64,000 nucleotides of DNA from Terriglobia bacterium (GTDB taxonomy: Bacteria; Acidobacteriota; Terriglobia; Terriglobales; Acidobacteriaceae), in NCBI GenBank assembly GCA_020073465.1, contig JAIQFC010000007.1, positions 116,345-180,344 of the forward strand, in the 5' to 3' direction. The notes below the pieces were generated by a model, which did not search any database, was not told the origin of the DNA, and was given only the letters and a program-made list of their open reading frames with translations. A program made the position numbers and the translations under genes. Positions 27,231 through 36,496 of this stretch are shown piece after piece; positions within the stretch are counted from its first letter, which is position 1; each line of letters starts with the position of its first letter.

Positions 27231-27968
27231 TTGTCGAACTCCATGCCTCCACGGAACATCACACCGGCTGAGATTGCCTCGCAGATTCGCAAGACGTTGA
27301 AGGACGGCGGTTCCCCCGAGCACGCTGCCGGCGTGCAGTGGTTCTTCAAGGAAGAAATCAAGTCGCATGGCTGGTATACGGCGGACTTGCGGAGGGCGGT
27401 GCGACGTTTCCGGCGCGAAATTCGGAAGGAGTTTGGGTTCGACTTCTTGGTGAAAGTTGCGGACCATCTCTTCTCGGGCCCGGTGCTCGACGACAAGACC
27501 GCTGCAGTGTTCTTGCTCGAGAAGCTGGATGCGGAGTTTGGTGATAGCGAGTTCAAGATGTTCGAAGGGTGGCTGGACCGCCTCAGCAGCTGGGCCGATC
27601 ATGATGGGCTGGTGCACTACCTGATCGCTCCCATGGTCGCGGCAAAACCCGCACGCGTGAAATCCGTTTTTCGTTGGGCGAAGTCGCCCGACCGCTGGCA
27701 CCGGCGGGCAGCGTGTGTAGCGCTCATTCAGGGAACCAGACAGAAGATGTTCCTGCCTCAGATCAAGAAGCTTTCCGATTCACTTCTCGCCGATGAAGAC
27801 GACATGGTCCAGAAGGGCCTAGGCTGGCTGCTGCGCGAAACCGCCAAGCACGACGCCAAGCAAACTGTACCGTATCTGATGAAGATTCGCGGCCGTGCTC
27901 CGCGTTTGGTGCTGCGAACAGCCTGCGAGACACTGCCGGTGAAAATGCGAGCGACAATCTTGGCTTGA
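27231..27968 (+). CDS. DNA alkylation repair protein (AlkD-like HEAT-repeat family)
   Basis: WFFKEEIKSHG..., WAKSPDRWHRRAACVALI, GLGWLLRE. The listed start is TTG; ATG 27243 is an alternative. Confidence 0.8.
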   Translation: MSNSMPPRNITPAEIASQIRKTLKDGGSPEHAAGVQWFFKEEIKSHGWYTADLRRAVRRFRREIRKEFGFDFLVKVADHLFSGPVLDDKTAAVFLLEKLDAEFGDSEFKMFEGWLDRLSSWADHDGLVHYLIAPMVAAKPARVKSVFRWAKSPDRWHRRAACVALIQGTRQKMFLPQIKKLSDSLLADEDDMVQKGLGWLLRETAKHDAKQTVPYLMKIRGRAPRLVLRTACETLPVKMRATILA

Positions 27969-28080
27969 ACGAACGAGTTCAGCCCGTGCTTATCGAAGAT
28001 TTTCCTGATTCGGCACACACACTTCAATAGTTGTGACCCACTGCCTTGTGGTTACGCTCCGGAACCATGCACACTTGATT

Positions 28081-28152
28081 GGGCCCGTAGTGTAATGGGA
28101 ACCCAGCTCTCTGTCCAAGTTGCAGATGCGGGTTCGAATCCCGTCGGGTCCA
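28081..28152 (+). tRNA. tRNA-like element with canonical acceptor stem and T-arm but a non-pairing anticodon arm (possible tRNA pseudogene; the canonical register would give GTC/Asp)
   Basis: GGGCCCG TA GTGT AATGGGA ACCC A GCTCT CTGTCCA AGTTG CAGAT GCGGG TTCGAAT CCCGT CGGGTCC A. No CCA is encoded. The anticodon stem forms only about 2 bp. Confidence 0.45.
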
Positions 28153-28387
28153 TTCTCCCTTTGTGCGTAGGTCCGAATGGAGAATTCAATGGGGAGAGAA
28201 CACAGAGATAGTCTCCCCCAGTAACTTGACAGTGGTCTGCTCCCCGCTGATACTAGCTGAGGACAGAGCGCTCGTTACACTACGGTATTCGAAATGGCTC
28301 CGGCGACGGGGCCGTTTCTGTCTTGGACAGCTTGGCGAGCCTGATTCGCCCAAACTCCTTCCCGTTGTTTACAATAGAAGTTTGCCC

Positions 28388-29554
28388 ATGGACCTCTCCG
28401 CCATCCAAGCTGCGCTGCGCGAACGCAACATCGACGCGTGGCTGTTCTACGACCATCATCATCGCGATCCTATTGCCTACCGCGTCCTCGGCTTGCCAGC
28501 AAGCCAGATGGTCACGCGGCGTTGGTTTTACCTCATACCCGCGAAAGGCGAACCGGTCAAGCTGGTGCACAAGATTGAGGCAGGGCATCTGGACACCCTG
28601 CCGGGCAGTAAGCGGCAGTATGCCGGATGGCAGGAACTGTTCGACAGCCTGAAGGCGATGCTGGCGACTTACCGCGACATCGCCATGCAGTACTCACCCA
28701 ACAACATCGTCTTCACCGTTTCACTGGTCGACGGCGGCACGATCGAGTTGCTGCGCGGACTGGGCAAGAACGTGGTGAGCTCGGCCGACTTGGTCGCACA
28801 GTTCGAGGCTACCTGGAGCGAAGAGCAGATCAAGACCCACTTCGCCGCCCGAGATTCCATTGATGCAATCACGGCTGCCGCTTTTCAGGAGATTGGCCGG
28901 CGGGCCCGCAATGGCGGCACCAAGGAGCACGAAATTCAACAGTGGTTCATGGAAGCGTTCCAGCGCGAGAACCTGCTGACCGACGATCCCCCGATCGTTG
29001 CAGTCAACGCCAACGCCGGAAATCCCCACTATGAGCCGCGCGCCGATCACCCCGTCCCGATTCGCGAAGGTGACCTGGTTCTGCTTGATGTGTGGGGGAA
29101 GAAGAACACTCCGGGAGCTGTGTATTACGACATCACCTGGATGGGCTTCGTTGGGGCAGCACCGTCAGGTCGCATGCACGAGATCTTCGAAATTGTCCGT
29201 GACGCGCGCGATGCCGGAGTAAAAAAAGTAGTCGACGCCATCGAAGCCGGTCGCCGCATTGCCGGATGGGAAGTAGATCGCGCCACGCGTGAGCACATCA
29301 AAAAGGCCGGCTACGGCGGCTATTTCATTCACCGCACGGGACATTCCATTGGCACCGACGTCCATGCCAATGGCGCCAACATGGACGACCTCGAGATCCA
29401 CGATGAGCGGCAGATTCTTCCCAACTCCTGCTTTTCGATCGAACCCGGAATCTATCTGCCGGAGTTTGGTGTGCGCAGCGAGGTGAATGTGCTGGTGCGC
29501 CCGAAGTTGGCGGAAGTGACGGGGAAAATCCAACGAGAGATCGTGATTATCTGA
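28388..29554 (+). CDS. M24 family metallopeptidase (Xaa-Pro aminopeptidase/creatinase-like)
   Basis: I trimmed the track ORF (28163) to ATG 28388: MDLSAIQAALRERNIDAWLFYD.... Metal-ligand regions LLDVWG, YYDITW, HRTGHSIG, SIEPGIY. Confidence 0.88.
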   Translation: MDLSAIQAALRERNIDAWLFYDHHHRDPIAYRVLGLPASQMVTRRWFYLIPAKGEPVKLVHKIEAGHLDTLPGSKRQYAGWQELFDSLKAMLATYRDIAMQYSPNNIVFTVSLVDGGTIELLRGLGKNVVSSADLVAQFEATWSEEQIKTHFAARDSIDAITAAAFQEIGRRARNGGTKEHEIQQWFMEAFQRENLLTDDPPIVAVNANAGNPHYEPRADHPVPIREGDLVLLDVWGKKNTPGAVYYDITWMGFVGAAPSGRMHEIFEIVRDARDAGVKKVVDAIEAGRRIAGWEVDRATREHIKKAGYGGYFIHRTGHSIGTDVHANGANMDDLEIHDERQILPNSCFSIEPGIYLPEFGVRSEVNVLVRPKLAEVTGKIQREIVII

Positions 29555-29961
29555 TGGCAAATTCCACAACAGGTAAAGCAGAAGCGGCTCCGGTGAACGC
29601 AATGGTCGTGCTCGCACCTGCTGTAGGCTGGCTGATTCCAGGCGCTGGTCACATCATCCAGAAGCGCTGGATTCGCGGACTGCTGCTCATGGTGTCCGTC
29701 GTAAGCATGTTTGTTCTTGGCGTGCTGATGCAGGGGCGTATCTACGGACCAAACGGCGGCGACATCCTCGAGATTCTTGGATTCATCGGCGATCTGGGCG
29801 CGGGTGGGCTCTACATTGTGAGCCGGGCCCTTGACCTTGGCCAGGGCGCAATCTCGCTGGCTACAGCGGACTACGGCAAGGTCTTCATTATCGTGGCTGG
29901 CTTGCTGAATTTCATCAGCGTGGCTGATGCCTACCACATCGCGATCGGGAAGAAGCAATGA
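29554..29961 (+). CDS. Small polytopic membrane protein, hypothetical
   Basis: 135 aa. The ATG overlaps the stop of the M24 gene (TGATG), and the protein has 3-4 TM helices. Confidence 0.65.
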   Translation: MANSTTGKAEAAPVNAMVVLAPAVGWLIPGAGHIIQKRWIRGLLLMVSVVSMFVLGVLMQGRIYGPNGGDILEILGFIGDLGAGGLYIVSRALDLGQGAISLATADYGKVFIIVAGLLNFISVADAYHIAIGKKQ

Positions 29962-29993
29962 AGCTCTCAGCCATCAGCCCCCAGCCATCAGCC
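29962..29993. repeat. Heptamer-word run (TCAGCCA/TCAGCCC), one arm only
   Basis: agctctcagccatcagcccccagccatcagcc. It begins with the same agctctcagcc as 19216 and likewise starts right after a stop codon. Confidence 0.5.
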
Positions 29994-30019
29994 AAAACCT
30001 TCTCTCGTGGACGTGCACA

Positions 30020-30202
30020 GTGACCATCACACTCAATCACTTCAGTGCGGCGGCGGTCTTTGCCCTGTTTGCCTCGATCGTCTTCGGCATCACGCACCGC
30101 GAGACTACCCGCGACATGGTTCGGTATGGCTTGTATTGCTTCGCCATGTTCCTGGGTGGAGCGCTGGTGGCGGGCTGGGCGATGTGGCTGCTGAAACGGT
30201 AG
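30020..30202 (+). CDS. Possible small two-TM membrane protein
   Basis: An in-frame GTG at 30020 within track ORF 29927-30202 gives VTITLNHFSAAAVFALFASIVFGI...LYCFAMFLGGALVAGWAMWLL. Support is weak. Confidence 0.35.
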   Translation: MTITLNHFSAAAVFALFASIVFGITHRETTRDMVRYGLYCFAMFLGGALVAGWAMWLLKR

Positions 30203-30254
30203 CTCTTGGTTCTTGGTCCTTGACCCGACGCTCTCTCGTGACCTCCAACTGCCC

Positions 30255-31226
30255 TCATCCCTCCCACACAAACGCATCGAAGATTCTTTTCGTATCGAAA
30301 TTCAGTCTGCGGTAAAGCGCAACCGCACGGGTGTTGGCCTCCGTCACGGTCAGTGACAGCATGGAGAAATTGCGCTTCCGCAAATTGCCGAACGTAGCGG
30401 CCAGCAGTGATTCGCCAATCCCTCGCGAGCGATATTCTGGCAAGACGCAGACCTGGGTCACATGCCCGACATCATTGCGCACACGTGAACACAGGATCAG
30501 TCCGATCAGGTTTTTGGCTTTGCGATCCAGCGCTACAAAAGATGACTCCGCATCAAACAGTCCGCATCCCGGAAAGCGGACAATATTGTTGAGAAAGCGC
30601 AGCGATCCGCTGAGCGTGTGGTACTGGTCGTTGATCTGGGCGTCGACATGGCCGCGGTAGGCGGCGGTAATAACCGCAGCGGCAGACTGATAATCGGCCT
30701 CCGCCCAGCGGCGGATCTCAACTTCGGGATGCGTGGGTGGAACCTCCGCCACCGCCTTGCCGAGCGTGAGCACCATGAACAGCCGTGGATGGCGCTGGAA
30801 AGCCTGCTCCAGGAATGGGCGCGAGACGGTGTTCGCCTCATGGGCAAGCAGTTGCGCTTCCACGCGATGGATTCCGGGCGACTGCTGCAACGTCTCAATC
30901 ACATGGGTCAGAAGCTGTAGTTCCACCTTGTGCGCGTCTGGAAGGCGGTTGCCGTTGGTGACGTAGAGGTCGCCAATCACTCCCTTGCTTCCTTCGTACA
31001 CGAAGAACGAGTAGCCGAAGATGCGTCCGCGGTCAATGGCCGCGTAGCCAGGCAGGATTTTCGCGTCAACGTAGCGGAGAATCATCTCTGCCGAGCCGGA
31101 GTAGTCCCACGAGAGCAGACGCGACCAGACTTGCGTCTCGTCGTCCAGCAGGGGACGCAAGTCCGCTGAAGAAAAGTGCCTGAGGTCGAGAATCTCCAAG
31201 AGGCTCCTGCGAATTTGGCCGTGCAC
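30255..31226 (-). CDS. GNAT family N-acetyltransferase (tandem GNAT-like domains)
   Basis: VCVLPEYRSRGIGESLLAATFGNLRKRNFSMLSLTVTEANTRAVALYRRLNF, plus an N-terminal second acetyltransferase-like half. Confidence 0.85.
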   Translation of the reverse strand: MHGQIRRSLLEILDLRHFSSADLRPLLDDETQVWSRLLSWDYSGSAEMILRYVDAKILPGYAAIDRGRIFGYSFFVYEGSKGVIGDLYVTNGNRLPDAHKVELQLLTHVIETLQQSPGIHRVEAQLLAHEANTVSRPFLEQAFQRHPRLFMVLTLGKAVAEVPPTHPEVEIRRWAEADYQSAAAVITAAYRGHVDAQINDQYHTLSGSLRFLNNIVRFPGCGLFDAESSFVALDRKAKNLIGLILCSRVRNDVGHVTQVCVLPEYRSRGIGESLLAATFGNLRKRNFSMLSLTVTEANTRAVALYRRLNFDTKRIFDAFVWEG

Positions 31227-31335
31227 CTCTCAAGAAGAGACGGCAGCCATCGCCACGGCAAAAGTCCGAGTTTAGTGCGTTCATTGGCGCGAGGCAAACG
31301 GGACGAACACTCATCGGCAACAGATTTTGAGCCAA

Positions 31336-33507
31336 CTATTTCGGGACAGCTCTTCGATGGGCGTCGTGTGACGAATCCTCGGGAAGCGCAAAGGCCACAT
31401 ACACTCCTCCAGACTTTGACTTCGGGTCCTTGCCCCCGCCCGCCGCGATCACCACGAATTGCCGGCCGTTCACCTCATAGGTCGCGGGCGTCGCGTTCCC
31501 TGCAAATGGAAGAGACGACTCCCAAAGCAATTCTCCGGTGGCTTTGTCGAAGGCGCGAAATTTCTTGTCGAAGTTCGTAGCTCCGATGAAAAGCAGTCCA
31601 CCTGCAGTAACGATCGGGCCACCGTAGTTCTCTGTTCCCGTTTTCTTCTGCCCCTTCGCCGCAAGTTCGGGATACTCGCCGAGCGGAATCTTCCAGACGT
31701 AGGCACCCGTGTTGAGGTTGATCGCATTCAACGTGCCCCACGGAGGTACCACGGCCGGGTATCCCTCCGGGTCAAGAAATCTCCGGTATCCCGTGAAACG
31801 GTATTTCATGGCAGGTGGCGGCGGCTCAGAACTCGCCATCTCCTTGCTCTCGCCGGTTGTCAGGAAGCCGATGAGTGCGAACATCTGATCGTCAGCCAGG
31901 TTGGGAAAGCCCGGCATTCTTCCTTTTCCATGCCTGATCGTGGTCGCAATTTGCGCCGGCGTCAGCCGGCTCTCCATCCCCACCAGCGAGGGTAGAGCAG
32001 GAGGCGAGCCCGTCCTGTTCTCCCCGTGGCAGACGCTGCACTGGCTCATGTAGATGGCCATCGGACTGTCGTCTCCGGTGTTCGCCGCCAGAGCACCGGT
32101 CCACGCGATGTCGTTTGCGTTGACGTAGATGATGCCAGTCTCCGGATCGGCCGCAGGACCGCCCCACTCCGCCCCGCCGTCAAAACCGGGAAAGATGACC
32201 GTGTCTCTTCTGACGCTGAGCGGAACGAATTGGCCTTCGCTGCGGAATCTTCTGAAGTTCTCCAGTGCCCACTGATGTGCTTCGGGCGTGCGATTCGTCA
32301 GAAGATCTTCGGTAAGACGCTGGCGGGCAAACGGCGCTGGAATGGTGGGCAGTGGTTGTTCTGAAGCTGCAATCTCGCCGGGCACAGTACTGGGAGGATA
32401 CTTCTGATATTGAACTGGAAACAGCGGTTTACCGTTCGCACGATCGAAGAGATAGACAAACCCTTGCTTCGTGGTTTGCGCGACCGCGTCCACATCCTTG
32501 CCGTCGCGCTTCACCGTGACCAGCGCGGGCGGCGAGGGAAAATCACGGTCCCAGAGGTCGTGCCGGACTCCCTGGAAGTGCCAAATTCGCTCGCCGGTGT
32601 CCGCATTCAGAGCGATCAGACAGTTCGCGAACAAGTCGTCTCCGATGCGGTCGGCTCCGTAGAAATCGAATGCAGCGGAGCCGGTGGGAACGTAGACAAT
32701 CCCACGTTTGGGATCAAGCGCAAAACCCGCCCAATTGTTGGCGGCTCCGCTCGTCTTCCAGGCGTCCCTCGGCCATGTGTCGTAGCCGACCTCGCCGGGA
32801 TGGGGAATGGTATGAAACGACCAGCGCAGCTGCCCGGTGCGCACATCGTAAGCGCGAATGTCGCCCGGAGGAGCGGGCAGAGTCTCAGGATTTCGTCCGC
32901 TGACAATGATCAGATCCTTGTAGACGATGCCCGGGCTGGTCAACGCAATCGATTGTGCGGTCGCAGGCTCACGGCCGAGGTTTTCGCGAAGATCGATTCG
33001 CCCGTCGCGGCCGAAGCTCGGAACGGGCTTGCCCGTGGCCGCGTCCAGGGCATAGACAAAGTTCATCACCCCCGCCAGAATGCGCTTTTCTTTGCCTTTG
33101 CTGTCTGACCAGTAAGCGAGGCCACGGTTCACTTGTCTGCCGGGAATTTCAGAGTCGAACTTCCACAAGAGCTTGCCAGTTGCGGCATTAAGAGCAAACA
33201 CCTTCTGCGTGGGCGTGAGGCCGTAGAGTATGCCCTCGACTATTACGGGACTTGTCTGAAGGCCGCCTTCCTCCTCAGTGTCAAAACTCCATGCGACGGC
33301 AAGCTGGCGCACGTTGCTTCGGTTGATCTGAGCCAGGCGGGAATAGTGACTATTCTCGGGTGCGCCGCCGTACGCGGGCCAGTCCTGCTGCTCCTGAGCG
33401 GCTCTGGCGTTTTCAGCCAATACGCTTCCCGTGCCGGGGATCCATGTAAAGGTCACAACGGCAACTCCGGAAACTAGAAGCAAGATACAGACTGCGAGAG
33501 TTCTCAT
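31336..33507 (-). CDS. PQQ-dependent dehydrogenase (8-bladed propeller, glucose/quinate-type N-terminus) with an embedded class I cytochrome c domain
   Basis: Signal peptide, WPAYGGAPENSHYS, propeller repeats, an internal CSVCHGENRTG...GKGRMPGF, and more propeller after it (GGPIVTAGGLLFIGATNFDKKFRAFDKATGELLW). Confidence 0.85.
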   Translation of the reverse strand: MRTLAVCILLLVSGVAVVTFTWIPGTGSVLAENARAAQEQQDWPAYGGAPENSHYSRLAQINRSNVRQLAVAWSFDTEEEGGLQTSPVIVEGILYGLTPTQKVFALNAATGKLLWKFDSEIPGRQVNRGLAYWSDSKGKEKRILAGVMNFVYALDAATGKPVPSFGRDGRIDLRENLGREPATAQSIALTSPGIVYKDLIIVSGRNPETLPAPPGDIRAYDVRTGQLRWSFHTIPHPGEVGYDTWPRDAWKTSGAANNWAGFALDPKRGIVYVPTGSAAFDFYGADRIGDDLFANCLIALNADTGERIWHFQGVRHDLWDRDFPSPPALVTVKRDGKDVDAVAQTTKQGFVYLFDRANGKPLFPVQYQKYPPSTVPGEIAASEQPLPTIPAPFARQRLTEDLLTNRTPEAHQWALENFRRFRSEGQFVPLSVRRDTVIFPGFDGGAEWGGPAADPETGIIYVNANDIAWTGALAANTGDDSPMAIYMSQCSVCHGENRTGSPPALPSLVGMESRLTPAQIATTIRHGKGRMPGFPNLADDQMFALIGFLTTGESKEMASSEPPPPAMKYRFTGYRRFLDPEGYPAVVPPWGTLNAINLNTGAYVWKIPLGEYPELAAKGQKKTGTENYGGPIVTAGGLLFIGATNFDKKFRAFDKATGELLWESSLPFAGNATPATYEVNGRQFVVIAAGGGKDPKSKSGGVYVAFALPEDSSHDAHRRAVPK

Positions 33508-33564
33508 GGTTCACTTCTTCCTTGATCCCGCTGTCGGACGATTGAAGAGGTCGCCAGAGCTAGT

Positions 33565-35205
33565 CTAATGCTGATGGCTCGATCCGGCGGCGGACACCCA
33601 GAAGTAGTCCACATGCTGAGGCCCGTAGCGGCCAAGGAATAACACTCGGCGTCCTGCGGTCTGTTTCGTGACTTCGGCTTGCCAGTTTTCCGGCGTAACC
33701 ACCAAGTGCTCTTCGGACGGAATCTGGCCCCATTCATAGCGCATGGACGGCTGGTTGCGGTAGAACGTGAGTCCATATTCCAGTTCTCGTGAAACGTGGA
33801 AGACCGCAAACGGAAAGGAGTGCGTCTCTTTGGTGGAGATTTCCCCGGCCAGCGACCGTGTAGAGAGCATGCGGTCGAGGTCGGTCGAGCCGATCCTGAG
33901 CACCGCGCCCATACTGAGGATCACCGGGATCAGCGTCATGAAGCGCAACATGCGCAGACCTCGTTTGCTGACCAGCGTGAGGGCGATCCCCGAGGCCAGA
34001 ACAAAGGCCGCGGCCAGCGCGAGAAGGATCGGCTTCCCTCCTGGCAATCGGCGGTCCACCAGCAGATGCGCTATCAGAAGAGCTGGAACGAATGGAGCGG
34101 CAGCGAGCAATGCGTGGAACACTACCAGCCACTTCGAAAGCGGTTCAGGAGATTCGTCCTGCAAATGGTGGCGAAGGTAATCGGCCAGCAACAAAGCCGC
34201 GGCAGGAACCGCGGGCAGGATGTAACCCGGCAACTTCGACTGGGAGATGGAGAAAAAGATCACGGGCACAACCAGCCAGCCGCAGACGAACAACCGGAAT
34301 TGGAATTCGAAATCTGACTCGCGCGCAGTTGCAGATCGTCGCTCTGTCCACCAGACGCGGAGCGTCTGAACCAACGCCGCAAGGACAAACACAGTCCACG
34401 GGAGCATGGCCAGCGCCGTGACCGGCACGTAGTACCAGAAGGGTGCGCGGTGGTGGTAGAGATCGCTCGAGAAGCGCGCCAGATTGTGTTCCAGAATGAA
34501 GACACGGAAAAACTCCGGGTTGCGCACCTGTACCGCGATGTACCACGGCAACGAGATCGCACAGAACAAGAGCACACCCGGCAGCCACAGCGTCTTCAGG
34601 GGCAAACGGAACTCACGAGTTGCCGCAGCATGAAGCACGATCACCGCTCCGGCCAGCAACGGAGCAACCGGCCCCTTCGCCAGCATGCCCAAGGCCATTG
34701 CGACATAGAACAGGGCGAGATAGACACGTTTGCCGCTTTCACGCCATGCCCACCATGCCAGCATACCGAGGGTGAACACAGCCGCCAGAGCCATGTCCAT
34801 GGACGCGGCACGAGCGTACCCGATGACTCCCGTGCAGGAAGCCGTGATCAGTGCCGCGTCGACCTCCAGACTGTGGCGGAAGCGCCGAAAGAACAGATAT
34901 ACCGCAACAACCATGAGCGTCGCATCAACCGCGGCCGGAATCCTCGCAGCCCAGTCCGTTACCCCGAACTGCGAATAGGCGAGCATGGCCTGCCAGTAGT
35001 ACAGAGGCGGCTTCTCGAGCCATGGGCGGCCGTTGAGCACGGGCGTGATCCAGTCATGGCGTTCCAGCATCTCGCGCGCGACTTGTGCGTAACGAGGCTC
35101 ATCGGCGCCGACCAGGCCGAATTGTGCCAACCCGTAAAAGAAGAGAAACGCGCAGAATCCCGCGATCAGGAGCACGTCGGTTCGGGTGCGGGTTGTCATC
35201 GGCAA
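33565..35205 (-). CDS. GT39/ArnT-like (PMT_2) polytopic glycosyltransferase
   Basis: GADEPRYAQVAREMLERHDWITPVLNGRPWLEKPPLYYW and about 12 TM helices. Confidence 0.9.
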   Translation of the reverse strand: MPMTTRTRTDVLLIAGFCAFLFFYGLAQFGLVGADEPRYAQVAREMLERHDWITPVLNGRPWLEKPPLYYWQAMLAYSQFGVTDWAARIPAAVDATLMVVAVYLFFRRFRHSLEVDAALITASCTGVIGYARAASMDMALAAVFTLGMLAWWAWRESGKRVYLALFYVAMALGMLAKGPVAPLLAGAVIVLHAAATREFRLPLKTLWLPGVLLFCAISLPWYIAVQVRNPEFFRVFILEHNLARFSSDLYHHRAPFWYYVPVTALAMLPWTVFVLAALVQTLRVWWTERRSATARESDFEFQFRLFVCGWLVVPVIFFSISQSKLPGYILPAVPAAALLLADYLRHHLQDESPEPLSKWLVVFHALLAAAPFVPALLIAHLLVDRRLPGGKPILLALAAAFVLASGIALTLVSKRGLRMLRFMTLIPVILSMGAVLRIGSTDLDRMLSTRSLAGEISTKETHSFPFAVFHVSRELEYGLTFYRNQPSMRYEWGQIPSEEHLVVTPENWQAEVTKQTAGRRVLFLGRYGPQHVDYFWVSAAGSSHQH

Positions 35206-35207
35206 TT

Positions 35208-35289
35208 CTTGACTTTTTGATTGTTGATTGTTGATTGAAAAGCCATCCGCATGCGGGTCTCAATCGATAATCAAAAAATCAACAATCAG
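35208..35289. repeat. Heptamer-word hairpin (TTGATTG family), AT-rich
   Basis: Left arm ttgactttttgattgttgattgttgattgaaaag; right arm ctcaatcgataatcaaaaaatcaacaatcag. The right arm overlaps the last codons of the 35279-35539 gene. Confidence 0.65.
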
Positions 35290-35539
35290 CCATTTTCCGC
35301 GGTCGCGCGAGAGCATAAAGACTGATGATCGTCCATACTCCCTCAAGTACGATGAATCCGATCTGAAACGGATGCAGTGCAATATACAGCAGTATGCCGG
35401 AACCGACCGCGTTCAGAATGTTGTAGAAGGCAGTACGCGGGTTGATCCAGCCCATCTGCTGGCCGGCATACCCGATCAGGATCAACAGCGCTCCCGCGAA
35501 GGACGCAGCTTGTCTTATCACGGCAAGGTCATAGTACAT
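35279..35539 (-). CDS. Small 3-TM membrane protein, hypothetical
   Basis: 86 aa: MYYDLAVIRQAASFAGALLILIGYAGQQMGWIN.... Confidence 0.6.
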   Translation of the reverse strand: MYYDLAVIRQAASFAGALLILIGYAGQQMGWINPRTAFYNILNAVGSGILLYIALHPFQIGFIVLEGVWTIISLYALARPRKMADC

Positions 35540-35544
35540 GTTGG

Positions 35545-36492
35545 CTATTGTACGGAAGGTCCGCGGCGAAGTTGGGAAAGGACTTGCCGGACGGCGTCAG
35601 CTAACGGCCCGTCGACGGAGCACCCGCTGGCGCACTGGTGTCCGCCGCCGCCAAAACTCTCGGCCACGTCGGAAACATCGAGCTTCCCTTTACTGCGCAG
35701 GCTGACCCGGTAGCGGCCGTCAGGCAACTCGCGAAAGAATGCGGCAACCTCGACCTCGCCGATGGACAAAACGTAATTCACCAGTCCTTCGCAATCCTCT
35801 TCCTTCGCCCCACAGCGTTCCATCTGCTTCTGCGTGATCCAGACCCAGCCGAGATGCGCTTCCTGATTGAGATTACGCAGTGCTTCTCCCAGCAGGCGCA
35901 GCTTGGCGGCGGAGTGCGCGAAATAGATGCCGCGCGCACAATGCGCGGGGTCGGCACCGGCCAGAACCAGTTCGCGGGCCAGCGCGAACGTATTTTCATT
36001 GGTCCCCTGGAACATGAACGATCCGGTGTCGGTCATTAACGCAGTGTAGAGGCAGGTGGCGATCTCCGGTGAGAACTTCACGCCCGCCTCGCGAGCCAGG
36101 CGGAAGACCATTTCAGCCGTCGCAACCGCGTGCGGGTCGATCCAGTTCACATGGGCAAACGGACGCCCACTGACATGGTGGTCAATACTGATCAGAAAAC
36201 GATTTTCCAGTCCCTCGAGTCGCGTGCGGTGGATGCTGTCGCATTCCAGAATGATGGCTGCTTCGTAACTGCCCTGGACCCGACTGGATTGCACCACCTG
36301 GTCAGCGAATGGCAGCGAGCGATAGATACGGGGTACGCCATCATGCAGTACAACGTCGGCCTGCTTGCCCATGGCACGCAGGACCTGGCAGCAGGCAAGA
36401 GCCGAGCCGATGGCATCGCCGTCGGGGCGCGCGTGCGACGTGAGCACAAAGCGTTGGTGCTGCTCGATTTGCCGTAGGACGTCCTGCAGCAT
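35545..36492 (-). CDS. nrnA: DHH/DHHA1 phosphoesterase (NrnA-type oligoribonuclease/pAp phosphatase)
   Basis: I trimmed the track ORF (to 36645) to ATG 36492: MLQDVLRQIEQHQRFVLTSHARPDGDAIGS..., with DHH and GGGHQCASG motifs. Confidence 0.88.
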   Translation of the reverse strand: MLQDVLRQIEQHQRFVLTSHARPDGDAIGSALACCQVLRAMGKQADVVLHDGVPRIYRSLPFADQVVQSSRVQGSYEAAIILECDSIHRTRLEGLENRFLISIDHHVSGRPFAHVNWIDPHAVATAEMVFRLAREAGVKFSPEIATCLYTALMTDTGSFMFQGTNENTFALARELVLAGADPAHCARGIYFAHSAAKLRLLGEALRNLNQEAHLGWVWITQKQMERCGAKEEDCEGLVNYVLSIGEVEVAAFFRELPDGRYRVSLRSKGKLDVSDVAESFGGGGHQCASGCSVDGPLADAVRQVLSQLRRGPSVQ

Positions 36493-36496
36493 GTGG

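Noticed and set aside
28163-28387. N-terminal 75-codon extension of the M24 peptidase ORF
   Set aside because: Family homology begins at MDLSAIQAALRERN (ATG 28388). The extension starts right after the tRNA-like element.
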